Positions 38,264-47,022 of a DNA stretch of 64,000 bases are shown in pieces. A program made the position numbers and the translations under genes. Source of the stretch: Clostridium sp. (GTDB lineage Bacteria; Bacillota; Clostridia; Lachnospirales; Lachnospiraceae); NCBI GenBank assembly GCA_023664325.1, contig JAMPFS010000006.1, positions 13,008-77,007 of the forward strand. The letters run 5' to 3'. Under the pieces are notes generated by a model, which saw only the letters and a program-made list of their open reading frames with translations, did not search any database and was not told where the DNA came from. Position 1 is the stretch's first letter; each line of letters starts with the position of its first letter.

Positions 38264-39595
38264 ATGAAGAGAAAATGGCGGTTTCGTATGTTATTATGTC
38301 TGATAGCAGTGTTGTTTCTGGCCGGCTGTGGGAAAAAGCCGGAAACGGCGGCGGACGGCAGGAAGAAAATTACGCTTGGTGCAATCTATGTAAGCGACAA
38401 CCTGAAAAAAGAGGTGGCGGCTTTCAACAAGGAAGATAAAGAATATCAGATTGAAATCAAAGATTATTCTGAAAATTCCAATGCCGTAGACCCGGTAACC
38501 ATGCTGAATACCGATATCCTATCAGGAAATGCGCCGGATTTAATCGGACTCATGCAGCTTGTGCCGGAACAGTATACCGGAAAGGGAATCTTGGAGGATT
38601 TAACTCCTTATTTGGAACAGGATGCAGATGTGTCAGAAGATGACCTGCTGGATTCGCTGGTTGATGCGATGAAAATAGACGGCAGGCTGTATTATCTGGC
38701 AAGCAGTTTTGAGGTGAAAACCCTGATTGCGGGAAAGAAAACGGTGGACAGTGACGAGGGCTGGGATTACCGGAAGATGAAACAGATTTTAGATGGGATG
38801 GAGGAGGATATGCGGGCGTTTCCGTATGACAGCAAAAGTGAACGCTTCATCAATCTGATGCATTTTGGCGGCGGGTATAACGAGTTTGTGGACTGGAAAG
38901 AGGGAAGCTGTCATTTTGACAGCCAGGAATTTAAAGACATGCTCGCTGTCTGTAACGACGGAAATGATGATACGGCAGCGGCTGAGATTACCAGTGAGGA
39001 CGAGATGGCACAGTTGTCAGCGATGCTGAAAAACGGAAAAATCCTGTTTGTTCAGGGGCGGATTACACCGGATCAGATTCTGGCAAACAAAAAAATGTTA
39101 GGGCAGGACATTACCTGTCTTGGCTCGTATTTTTCCTTTAGCGATACCAGTGATGAGGTGGGGATTTGTGCAAAGTCGGCGGTAAAAGAGGGGGCATGGC
39201 GCTTTGTAAAAAGGCTGATTTCCAGAAAATATCAGGGAGAGAACCTTCTTCGTTTTTGGGATATGCCTTCCCGCAAGGACTGCCTGGAGGATTATATCAA
39301 GACCATGACAGCAAAAGAGGGATATACCGACGAGTTTGGCAATGTCATTACACCGCTTTCCAGTGTGGAATGTGCAGACGGTAATGTGGTAAAGGTAAGC
39401 CCGGTTGGAAAAGAGGAGGAAGAACTGTTCCGGGAGCTGCTCGATCGTACTTCGCAGATTACCGGGTATGAACAGCAGATATTCGCCATTTTATCCGAGG
39501 AGGTCAATCATTATTTTAACGGCGATAAGGACTTGGACGAGACGGCCGGCGTGATACAGAACCGGGTGGCAAATTACATGAATGAACGCAGGTGA
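38264..39595 (+). CDS. extracellular solute-binding lipoprotein (ABC SBP-like), orphan
   Basis: Lipobox FLAGCG; size and composition match family-1 SBPs; no cognate permeases adjacent. Confidence 0.6.
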   Translation: MKRKWRFRMLLCLIAVLFLAGCGKKPETAADGRKKITLGAIYVSDNLKKEVAAFNKEDKEYQIEIKDYSENSNAVDPVTMLNTDILSGNAPDLIGLMQLVPEQYTGKGILEDLTPYLEQDADVSEDDLLDSLVDAMKIDGRLYYLASSFEVKTLIAGKKTVDSDEGWDYRKMKQILDGMEEDMRAFPYDSKSERFINLMHFGGGYNEFVDWKEGSCHFDSQEFKDMLAVCNDGNDDTAAAEITSEDEMAQLSAMLKNGKILFVQGRITPDQILANKKMLGQDITCLGSYFSFSDTSDEVGICAKSAVKEGAWRFVKRLISRKYQGENLLRFWDMPSRKDCLEDYIKTMTAKEGYTDEFGNVITPLSSVECADGNVVKVSPVGKEEEELFRELLDRTSQITGYEQQIFAILSEEVNHYFNGDKDLDETAGVIQNRVANYMNERR

Positions 39596-39681
39596 TTGCG
39601 AAACTTAGGCTTTCACAACTAGACTTTAGAAATAAGGAGTTTCGCAATTGCATAACGCAAAAGTGTAGGAAGGAGAAAAAG

Positions 39682-40491
39682 ATGGATACGGTTTTAAAGG
39701 TAGAGAAGATAGAAAAATATTACGGCAGCAAGTCCGGTCTTACTAAGGCATTGGACAACATTTCCTTCGAGGTGGGAAAGGGAGAATTTACTGCGATTAT
39801 GGGGGCATCGGGAAGCGGAAAAACAACGCTGTTAAACTGCATTTCCACCATTGACAAGGTGACTTCCGGACACATCTATATAGGGGATTTTCAGGAAGCG
39901 CAAAAAGAGCGGAGCGGCAGCAGGCAGGCTTATGACATTACGAGGCTTCGGGGAAATGCCTTGAATAAATTCCGCAGGGAGGAATTGGGGTTTATTTTTC
40001 AGGAGTTTAATCTGTTGGATACCCTGACGGCTTACGAAAATATTGCGCTGGCGCTGTCCATACAGAATGTGGGCGTAAAGGAAATCAAGGAGCGGGTGGA
40101 GAAAATAGCCGGACAGCTTGGCATTACGGAGGCGCTTTCCCGCTATCCGTATCAGATGTCCGGCGGGCAAAAGCAGAGGGTATCAGCGGCGAGGGCCATG
40201 ATTACGCTTCCGAAGATCGTGCTGGCGGACGAGCCGACCGGAGCTTTGGACTCGAAGTCGGCAAGGCAGCTCATGGAAATGTTTTGCCACTTAAATGACT
40301 GGTTTTCGGCAACCATTTTAATGGTAACCCATGATCCGTTTTCGGCAAGCTATGCGGAACGTGTTTTGTTCATCAAGGACGGAAAGCTTTTCCATGAGCT
40401 GGATAAGGGGGAGGATACAAGAAAGCAGTTTTTTGAAAAGATTATGGACGTGGTGACGTTGTTAGGAGGGGATGTAAGTGATGCTCTTTAA
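39682..40491 (+). CDS. ABC transporter ATP-binding protein (BceA/MacB-type)
   Basis: Walker A GASGSGKTT, signature MSGGQKQRVSAARA, Walker B IVLADEPTGALD; start at Met 39682 behind aggaaggag. Confidence 0.9.
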   Translation: MDTVLKVEKIEKYYGSKSGLTKALDNISFEVGKGEFTAIMGASGSGKTTLLNCISTIDKVTSGHIYIGDFQEAQKERSGSRQAYDITRLRGNALNKFRREELGFIFQEFNLLDTLTAYENIALALSIQNVGVKEIKERVEKIAGQLGITEALSRYPYQMSGGQKQRVSAARAMITLPKIVLADEPTGALDSKSARQLMEMFCHLNDWFSATILMVTHDPFSASYAERVLFIKDGKLFHELDKGEDTRKQFFEKIMDVVTLLGGDVSDAL

Positions 40492-42589
40492 ATTATCGGT
40501 TAAAAATGTGGGAAAAAGCCTTAAGGATTACGCCGTTTATTTTGTGACACTGACGGCAGGGGTTGCGATTTTCTATGTGTTCAACGCTGTGGAAACCCAG
40601 GCGGCAGTGTTAAGCATCATGCAAAGGGGCGGGGAAATCCTCAGTGTCTTTTCCGGGATGTTAAACGGTGTCAGTGTGCTGGTATCCCTGATTCTTGGAT
40701 TTCTGGTTATTTATGCCGGGCGGTTTCTGATGAAGCGGAGAAAAAGGGAGTTTGGGCTGTACCTGCTATTGGGGCTTGGAAAATGGAAGGTGTCGATGAT
40801 TTTATTCTGGGAAACGCTACTGATCGGGGTATGCTCACTGGCAGCAGGGCTGCTGTTTGGCGTGGCGGCTTCTCAGTTTATGAGCCTGTTTGTGGCAAAC
40901 CTGTTTTCCGAGGATATGACGGCATTCCGGTTTTTATTTTCCAAAACGGCTTTTGAAAAAACGGTGCTGCATTTTGCAGTCATTTATCTGATTGTCATTT
41001 TATTTCAGGTCTTTGAAATCGGGAAATGCCGCCTGATTACCTTTTTTCAGGCGAAGGAACGGTCGGAGCAGGTGAAAATGCGGAATCCGTGGGTTTGTAC
41101 CGCCGTGTTCTTGGCAGCGGCGGGAATGCTTGGCTACGCTTATTACCAGGTGACCGGAAATGTAGAAAACCTGCACTCCTCAAAGGGAATCCTCCGCTTG
41201 ATCCTTTTGGGGATTGCTGCTACATTTTTGCTGTTCTGGTCGGTTTCCGGGCTGGCGGTCAAGCTGTTTGGCATGTGGGAAAAACAGTATTATAAAGGGC
41301 TTCATGCATTCATTTTCCGCCAGCTTGCGGGCAGGATCAATACGGCTGTGTGCATCATGTCAATCATCTGCCTGATGTTGTTTGTGACAATCTGTGTGCT
41401 GTCTGCCAGCCTGTCCGTAAAAAATTCCATGGACCGCTTACGGGATGAGCTGGCGCCTGTGGATATCATTATCCGTAAGAGAATTGCCCTGGATGACGGG
41501 GAAACCGAGGTGATTTCCACGAGTGCGGTGGGGCTAGGAAGCCGCTCATTTAGTGAATATACGGAGGAACAGTTAGAAGGCCTGCCGCTTTCCGTCAAAG
41601 AGGTATATGGACAGATGGGCATTGATCTTTCCCGGTATTTTAAAGAGGAGGCAGATTTTTCTGTGTACCGGCTTCCGGAGCTTACGATTGGCGATCTGTT
41701 TGAGCGGACAGGGGAAAAAAGGAAGGAATTTGACATGGGATATTATCTGGAACGGCCAGTGCGGATTGTGGCGGTAAGCGATTACAACCGGCTGCTTGCT
41801 TTGTTTGGCAGGGAGGAAATGGAGCTTGGACAAGATGAATACAGTGTGGTGGCGAACCTGCCGGATATGGTTTTGGCATGGAATGCCTTTTTGGCGGCAG
41901 ACGTCGAGCTTACCCTGTCCGATATCGTGCTGCACCCGGAAGGGAATGCCTGCCGGAACGGTTTTTTAAATATGGCGGCTGATTATGAGGAGCATGGCTT
42001 CCTCGTGGCACCGGATGAGGCGGTCACTCAACTCACTGCCATGTATGAGTATGTGGCGGCAAATTATAACGGGAACACGGAAGAGGAGAAATGGGAGGTG
42101 GAAAAAACGGTTACCCTGCAGGACGTCTATGAATATCCGGAGAGCTACTATACATGGGTGAGCGCAAATACAAGGCTGGATGTTACCGATGCAGGCGTGG
42201 GAATCGGCGGAATCCTGACCTTTTTAGGGCTGTATCTCGGGATTGTGTTTTTGCTCGCCTCTGCCGTGATACTGGCGTTAAAGGAGCTGTCCGAGAGTGC
42301 CGATAATGCTGGCCGCTACCGGCTGTTAAGGCAGCTTGGCACGGACGAGAACATGATAAACGGTGCCTTATTTAGACAGATTGGCTTATTTTTTATGATG
42401 CCACTTGCGTTGGCTTTGCTGCATGCGGTATTCGGAATCCGGTTTGGGCTGTATATGCTGCGCTCGTTTGGCAGGACAGGGCTGCTTTCCGCCATTTTGG
42501 AGACCGTGGCAGTATTTTTGGTGATTTACGGTGGTTATTTTGCGCTGACCTATGTATGCAGTAAAAATATTATACGGGATAAAGCGTGA
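40481..42589 (+). CDS. FtsX-family ABC permease (BceB-like, 10 TM with large extracellular domain)
   Basis: About 700 aa with two 4-TM FtsX modules and a roughly 200-aa soluble insert; overlaps the ATPase stop. Confidence 0.85.
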   Translation: MLFKLSVKNVGKSLKDYAVYFVTLTAGVAIFYVFNAVETQAAVLSIMQRGGEILSVFSGMLNGVSVLVSLILGFLVIYAGRFLMKRRKREFGLYLLLGLGKWKVSMILFWETLLIGVCSLAAGLLFGVAASQFMSLFVANLFSEDMTAFRFLFSKTAFEKTVLHFAVIYLIVILFQVFEIGKCRLITFFQAKERSEQVKMRNPWVCTAVFLAAAGMLGYAYYQVTGNVENLHSSKGILRLILLGIAATFLLFWSVSGLAVKLFGMWEKQYYKGLHAFIFRQLAGRINTAVCIMSIICLMLFVTICVLSASLSVKNSMDRLRDELAPVDIIIRKRIALDDGETEVISTSAVGLGSRSFSEYTEEQLEGLPLSVKEVYGQMGIDLSRYFKEEADFSVYRLPELTIGDLFERTGEKRKEFDMGYYLERPVRIVAVSDYNRLLALFGREEMELGQDEYSVVANLPDMVLAWNAFLAADVELTLSDIVLHPEGNACRNGFLNMAADYEEHGFLVAPDEAVTQLTAMYEYVAANYNGNTEEEKWEVEKTVTLQDVYEYPESYYTWVSANTRLDVTDAGVGIGGILTFLGLYLGIVFLLASAVILALKELSESADNAGRYRLLRQLGTDENMINGALFRQIGLFFMMPLALALLHAVFGIRFGLYMLRSFGRTGLLSAILETVAVFLVIYGGYFALTYVCSKNIIRDKA

Positions 42590-42610
42590 CACAAACAAAT
42601 CTGTAAAATA

Positions 42611-42669
42611 GGTTGACAGCAGTCACACAACTGTGCTACAATTCGGTAAAAGGTTGACAGTAGTCGCAC
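42611..42669 (+). promoter_or_regulatory. promoter plus two direct copies of a putative BlaI-family operator
   Basis: GGTTGACAGCAGTCACAC (42611-42628) and GGTTGACAGTAGTCGCAC (42652-42669), each holding the dyad TGAC-N4-GTC; the first overlaps -35 TTGACA (42613-42618), 18-nt spacer, TGcTACAAT extended -10 (42637-42642). Confidence 0.55.
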
Positions 42670-42684
42670 GAAAGGAGTCTGTTT

Positions 42685-43074
42685 ATGTCAGGGAAAAGTA
42701 TGATTTTACAACAAAGTGAATGGATTATTATGGAAAAGCTATGGGAGGAGAGCCCGAAAACAATCATGCAGCTTTATCATGCCCTGAAGGAAAATCCCGG
42801 CTGGAGCAAAAGCACCGTAAATACGCTGCTTGGAAGAATGGTGGACAAGGGGATTCTTTACTATCGGGAGGGAAAGAAAGCGAAGCAGTATTTTCCGAAC
42901 GTGAACAGGGAGGATGCGGCACTTGCAGAGACAGAAAGCCTGCTTGACCGGGTATACAGGGGTTCTGTCAGTATGATGATGAACACGCTGGTAAAGAGAA
43001 AGGATTTTAGCAAAGAGGAGATAAAAGAGCTTTACGAAATCCTGAAAGGATTGGAGGAGGAGCAGGATGGCTGA
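42685..43074 (+). CDS. BlaI/MecI/CopY-family transcriptional repressor
   Basis: 129 aa; winged-helix WSKSTVNTLLGRMVDKGIL; followed by an M56 sensor gene with overlapping start. Confidence 0.85.
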   Translation: MSGKSMILQQSEWIIMEKLWEESPKTIMQLYHALKENPGWSKSTVNTLLGRMVDKGILYYREGKKAKQYFPNVNREDAALAETESLLDRVYRGSVSMMMNTLVKRKDFSKEEIKELYEILKGLEEEQDG

Positions 43075-44917
43075 ACAGATTTTTAACGTAACCATTTTTA
43101 TGTGCATGGTGCTTTTGCTGCGCAGTGCGTTTTACCGCAGGATTTCAAAACGCCTTTGTTATGCAATGTGGCTGGTGGTGGCTGTGTATTTGTTAGTGCC
43201 GCAGCCATCCTTTTCCAATTCCTTTCAGGTCATGAATGTCCTTTACCGGGCAGTTGAACATAAAAAGGAAATTCAGGCAGAAGACAAAAATGCAGGGGAT
43301 AGGAAAGAGCAGGGGAATGATGCGGAAGATACTGCGAAAACTCCGGCGATTGCAGCGCAGCCAGATGGCGCAGCCGGGCAAAACAGCGGCAGTGATGATA
43401 CCGTTTGGACAAGTTTTAAAAAGGGAGACTGGTCGGAACCCGCAAACGAACCGGAGGAGCAGAGGACAGGCTCGGATGATGGATTTGCCGTGCCAAAATC
43501 TTTGCAGGAGAATGGAAATTGGATAAGCGGAATCTGGCTTTTGGGCGTTTTCATTTGTGGAACCGTATTTGCTGTCAGCAATCTCCGTTTTGGGAAAAGG
43601 GTTCGCAAAAACCGGCAGATATTGGAAATGGGTGGGGAAGAAGGTTACTGTTCCATTCCTGTTTACCGGACAAAGGAAGTGCATACACCCTGCCTGTTTG
43701 GCGTGTTCCATCCGGCTGTTTATTTTCCGGCAGAAGGGATGGCATTTGAAAATGACGAAAAAAAACGGGAAGCCTGTTATTATGTGCTGGCGCATGAATA
43801 CATGCATTACCGGCATAAGGATCATCTATGGGCAGTGCTTCGGTGCCTGTGTGTTATTTTGTACTGGTATCATCCCCTGGTATGGGCGGCGGCTTTTTTG
43901 TCCATGAAAGACAGCGAATTTGCCTGCGATGAAAGTGTAACCCGCACTTACGGCAAGCAGGAAAGAAAGGCATATGGGGAAAACCTGATTTTGTTCGGAA
44001 CACAGAGGATGCCTGTAACATCCATGCTGAAATGCGCAACCGGAATGACAGGGGGAAGGCGGGAATTAAAAGAACGGATTACCCTGATTGCGAATCCCAA
44101 AAAGCAGTGGCTTTGTACGGCAGTGTTTGCCTGCCTTTTGCTGTTTGGAATAACCGGATGTACGCTTGGCAGTCCGGCGCAAAACAGCCCAAATACAGAG
44201 AATGTGGAAGATTTCGCCGGGGAGCAGGATACAAGCAGCGCAGACACCGAGGCGGAAGAAGAGGAAGAGGAGGAAAATACTGAGAGTGAGGATACCGTAC
44301 CGAAACCGATTGACTTTGCAGCGCTTTCCGTAGAGAAAGTCGAGGAAAACGGAATCGGGTATTATAAGCTGCTTACGGATAAGATGTTTCCCCTGCCTCT
44401 GAATGAATGGGCAAAAATTAATCTTTTCACGGAACAGGGGAACGCAGTGGATGCATATGTCCGTTTTACGGATGTGACACATGACAAAGATGCGATTGCA
44501 GAACATGTGGAAACATTCTGCCAGGCAAGGGGAATTCAGGGGGCTTTTCAGGAAATAGAGACTGAAAAAACAGAATATGTCATGCTGCACTATGAGATTT
44601 TGGCCGCAGAAGATGCGGAACTTCCGGCAGGGGATAAGATATTGCCGACAGCGATGGATTTTCCGGTTCAAATGTATTCGACACTTGAAAATGGCAGGTT
44701 TTGGACAAATGATAGTGAATACCAGGGAATGGAGCGGAGCGTATGGGATGCTTCCATTATAGAGGCAGATACGGTTTTGCCGGGTGAGCGGGTTGAAAAA
44801 ACAATGATTTGCAGTATTCCCAAAGGGTACACCGCCTACGGCCTGCAGTTTTTCTATATCACAGCAGACCGGAATACGGGCATGGTATATTTTAAACCGG
44901 AATATGCAATTGAATGA
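43067..44917 (+). CDS. BlaR1/MecR1-like M56 metalloprotease signal transducer with non-PBP extracellular domain
   Basis: LAHEYMHYRHKDH (HExxH) in the membrane domain; no SxxK or KTG motifs in the C-terminal ~270 aa. Confidence 0.75.
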   Translation: MAEQIFNVTIFMCMVLLLRSAFYRRISKRLCYAMWLVVAVYLLVPQPSFSNSFQVMNVLYRAVEHKKEIQAEDKNAGDRKEQGNDAEDTAKTPAIAAQPDGAAGQNSGSDDTVWTSFKKGDWSEPANEPEEQRTGSDDGFAVPKSLQENGNWISGIWLLGVFICGTVFAVSNLRFGKRVRKNRQILEMGGEEGYCSIPVYRTKEVHTPCLFGVFHPAVYFPAEGMAFENDEKKREACYYVLAHEYMHYRHKDHLWAVLRCLCVILYWYHPLVWAAAFLSMKDSEFACDESVTRTYGKQERKAYGENLILFGTQRMPVTSMLKCATGMTGGRRELKERITLIANPKKQWLCTAVFACLLLFGITGCTLGSPAQNSPNTENVEDFAGEQDTSSADTEAEEEEEEENTESEDTVPKPIDFAALSVEKVEENGIGYYKLLTDKMFPLPLNEWAKINLFTEQGNAVDAYVRFTDVTHDKDAIAEHVETFCQARGIQGAFQEIETEKTEYVMLHYEILAAEDAELPAGDKILPTAMDFPVQMYSTLENGRFWTNDSEYQGMERSVWDASIIEADTVLPGERVEKTMICSIPKGYTAYGLQFFYITADRNTGMVYFKPEYAIE

Positions 44918-44998
44918 TGAATCCTGTGTTCAGGATGGGTGCATGGAGGATCATAAAAAATCTTTCGTATCATAAAATTCTACATAAATAATATTGTG

Positions 44999-45024
44999 AA
45001 AATGCCGGGTTACTCGGCATTTTT
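44999..45024. terminator. bidirectional terminator
   Basis: aaaatgccg ggttact cggcatttt flanked by a T-run; the stop of the minus-strand gene lies in the loop. Confidence 0.65.
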
Positions 45025-45366
45025 TATTTTTTTCTTTTGGGCTTCCTGTTCCCGGTAAAGCCTTATCATCTCACCGGCAGCATAGTCGCGGTTTTCGGAG
45101 TTTAAGCGTTTGTAGTAATTTAATATTTTTGCTTCCTCTTCGCTTGCAGTGTTGGATCTGTGCCGGACATTACTGATTCCAAGCAAGTAGTCTGTACTGA
45201 CATTAAATAATTTTGACAGCGATATCAGGGTATCCAAATCCGGATAACTGTAATTGTTTTCGTAGTTGGAAATGGTAGTGCGTCCCAAACCAAGCTGTTT
45301 TGCAAGCTCGGACTGTAACATACCGGATTCCTCCCGTAAATTTTGAATGATATCTCCAATATTCAT
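45010..45366 (-). CDS. XRE-family HTH regulator, divergent from the glycan locus
   Basis: IIQNLREESGMLQSELAKQLGLGRTTISNYEN; start placed at MNIGD (45366); the track start at 45429 is an alternative. Confidence 0.75.
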   Translation of the reverse strand: MNIGDIIQNLREESGMLQSELAKQLGLGRTTISNYENNYSYPDLDTLISLSKLFNVSTDYLLGISNVRHRSNTASEEEAKILNYYKRLNSENRDYAAGEMIRLYREQEAQKKKIKNAE

Positions 45367-45509
45367 GTTAATCTCCGTTCTGGTGCCTTTCGCAGATGGC
45401 ACGGTAATAGAAAATCTGTATTCTCCCATAAAATCTCTCTTAGAAATTTTATCATATGGAAATTTACAATATAGGATATGCCAAATGTAATGTCACTATG
45501 TCAAATATC

Positions 45510-45538
45510 TTGACATCATGACAAAAAAGTTGTATTTT
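45510..45538 (+). promoter_or_regulatory. candidate sigma-A promoter for the NusG-paralog/glycan operon
   Basis: TTGACA (45510-45515), 17-nt spacer, TGtTATTTT extended -10. Confidence 0.4.
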
Positions 45539-45568
45539 AGAAAAAGAATGTTCATAAGGGAGTCATTT

Positions 45569-46156
45569 ATGTGGTACGTCATTCAGGTTAAGACAGGGGA
45601 AGAGGAATGGATACGGGAAAAATGCAGACGGGTACTTCCAGTATCTGTATGCAGAAATATTTTTGCACCCAAATTCCAGAAAATGATGAAAGTAAAAGGG
45701 ATTTGGAGGGTGGAAGAAAAGATTTTGTTTCCGGGTTATTTGTTTCTTGAGATGCCAAAAAGGGAAGAACCGTTTGATGAATTGGAAAAGGCAGATATGC
45801 TAAAAGAGTGCTTGCAGCCGTTGGGGAGCATGGTAAAACCGGTATGCATAGGCGGTGGATTTTACCCCATACATCAGGAAGAGGAAGCCTTGTTACGAAG
45901 CCTGATGCATGCCACGGAACATAATGAGTATGTACTGGAACGGTCGAGAGGGTATGTTGTGGATGGAAAACTGGTGGTGACAAATGGCCCGCTCATTCCC
46001 TATACCGACCATGTAAAGTGGTTTGACCGCCATAAGCGGATTGGGAAATTAGAGATAGCCCTGTGGGGGGAAACGCGCCAGATTACGGTAGGGCTTGAGG
46101 TGGTGGCAAGGGTGACTGCAAAAGAGTTTCAGGAGTTGGATGGAAAAGCCGGGTGA
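45569..46156 (+). CDS. NusG-family paralog (LoaP/UpxY-like operon-specific antiterminator)
   Basis: N-terminal NGN signature MWYVIQVKTGEE; C-terminal KOW-like GKLVVTNGPLIPYTDHVKWFD; first gene of a polysaccharide locus. Confidence 0.7.
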   Translation: MWYVIQVKTGEEEWIREKCRRVLPVSVCRNIFAPKFQKMMKVKGIWRVEEKILFPGYLFLEMPKREEPFDELEKADMLKECLQPLGSMVKPVCIGGGFYPIHQEEEALLRSLMHATEHNEYVLERSRGYVVDGKLVVTNGPLIPYTDHVKWFDRHKRIGKLEIALWGETRQITVGLEVVARVTAKEFQELDGKAG

Positions 46157-47022
46157 TAAGGATGAGGATGGATGCATCAATTACTATTATTTGTCCAATA
46201 TACAATGGAGAAAAATATATTTTGGAATTGAACAGAAGCATTTTAAAACAAAAGAAAATAAATTTAGCAGCAGTTCATTATATTGTAACCGAGAGTACAG
46301 ACCAGACAGAATTTATTATGCAGGAAAATCATATTCCCTATGAACTGATAAAAAAAGAGGAGTTTTCCCATAGCCTGACACGCGAAAAGGCAGCAATGAT
46401 GTGTGATACGGATATTGTTGTTTTTATTACACAGGATATTGTAATTGAACGGGAAGACTGGCTATATGAACTGACAAATCCAATAGTAGTGGGTGAAGTA
46501 GAGGCTGCCTTTTCCAGACAGTTGTGTAGGGATAATTCCATAGAAAAATATACGAGGGAAATCAATTACCCGGAATATTCCCGCATTGTTGCCAAAAAGG
46601 ATACAGCGAGACTGGGATTGAATACCTTCTTTTTCTCAAATGCTTCATCCGCAATCCGCAGAGATGTTTTTGTGCGGTTAAATGGCTATGACAGGAAAAA
46701 ACTGCCCTTAAGTGAAGATATGTATCTTGCTTATAAGTTAATTCAAAGTGGATATCGCATTAAATATTGTGCGAAATCACAGGTGATACATTCCCATCAG
46801 TTTACCCTGAAAGAGCAATATGCACGGTACCGTGAGACGGGGAAATTCTTCAGGCAGAACCGCTATTTGAATCAGTATGGAACAAATAAAGCAGGGGGAA
46901 GTATGGCTGTATATGTGTGGAGAAGGGCATTAGAGGATAGGAATTGGAAAGTGCTTGCTCAGTTTCTTCCCAATATGGCAGCAAGGTTTTTCGGTATGAA
47001 GGTGGGAAGGTATTTTGGGTGA
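46153..47022 (+). CDS. family-2 glycosyltransferase
   Basis: ITIICPIYNGEKY; acidic motif ITQDIV; SEDMYLAYKL; GTG overlaps the upstream stop (ATG at 46162 is an alternative). Confidence 0.8.
   Translation: MIRMRMDASITIICPIYNGEKYILELNRSILKQKKINLAAVHYIVTESTDQTEFIMQENHIPYELIKKEEFSHSLTREKAAMMCDTDIVVFITQDIVIEREDWLYELTNPIVVGEVEAAFSRQLCRDNSIEKYTREINYPEYSRIVAKKDTARLGLNTFFFSNASSAIRRDVFVRLNGYDRKKLPLSEDMYLAYKLIQSGYRIKYCAKSQVIHSHQFTLKEQYARYRETGKFFRQNRYLNQYGTNKAGGSMAVYVWRRALEDRNWKVLAQFLPNMAARFFGMKVGRYFG

Noticed and set aside
43193-44671. Minus-strand ORFs of 210 aa and 201 aa, plus several plus-strand out-of-frame ORFs, inside the BlaR1-like gene
   Set aside because: They are antisense or out of frame to a gene with a clear HExxH motif and TM topology. 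Their translations are Arg/Cys/Pro-rich and atypical for this genome.
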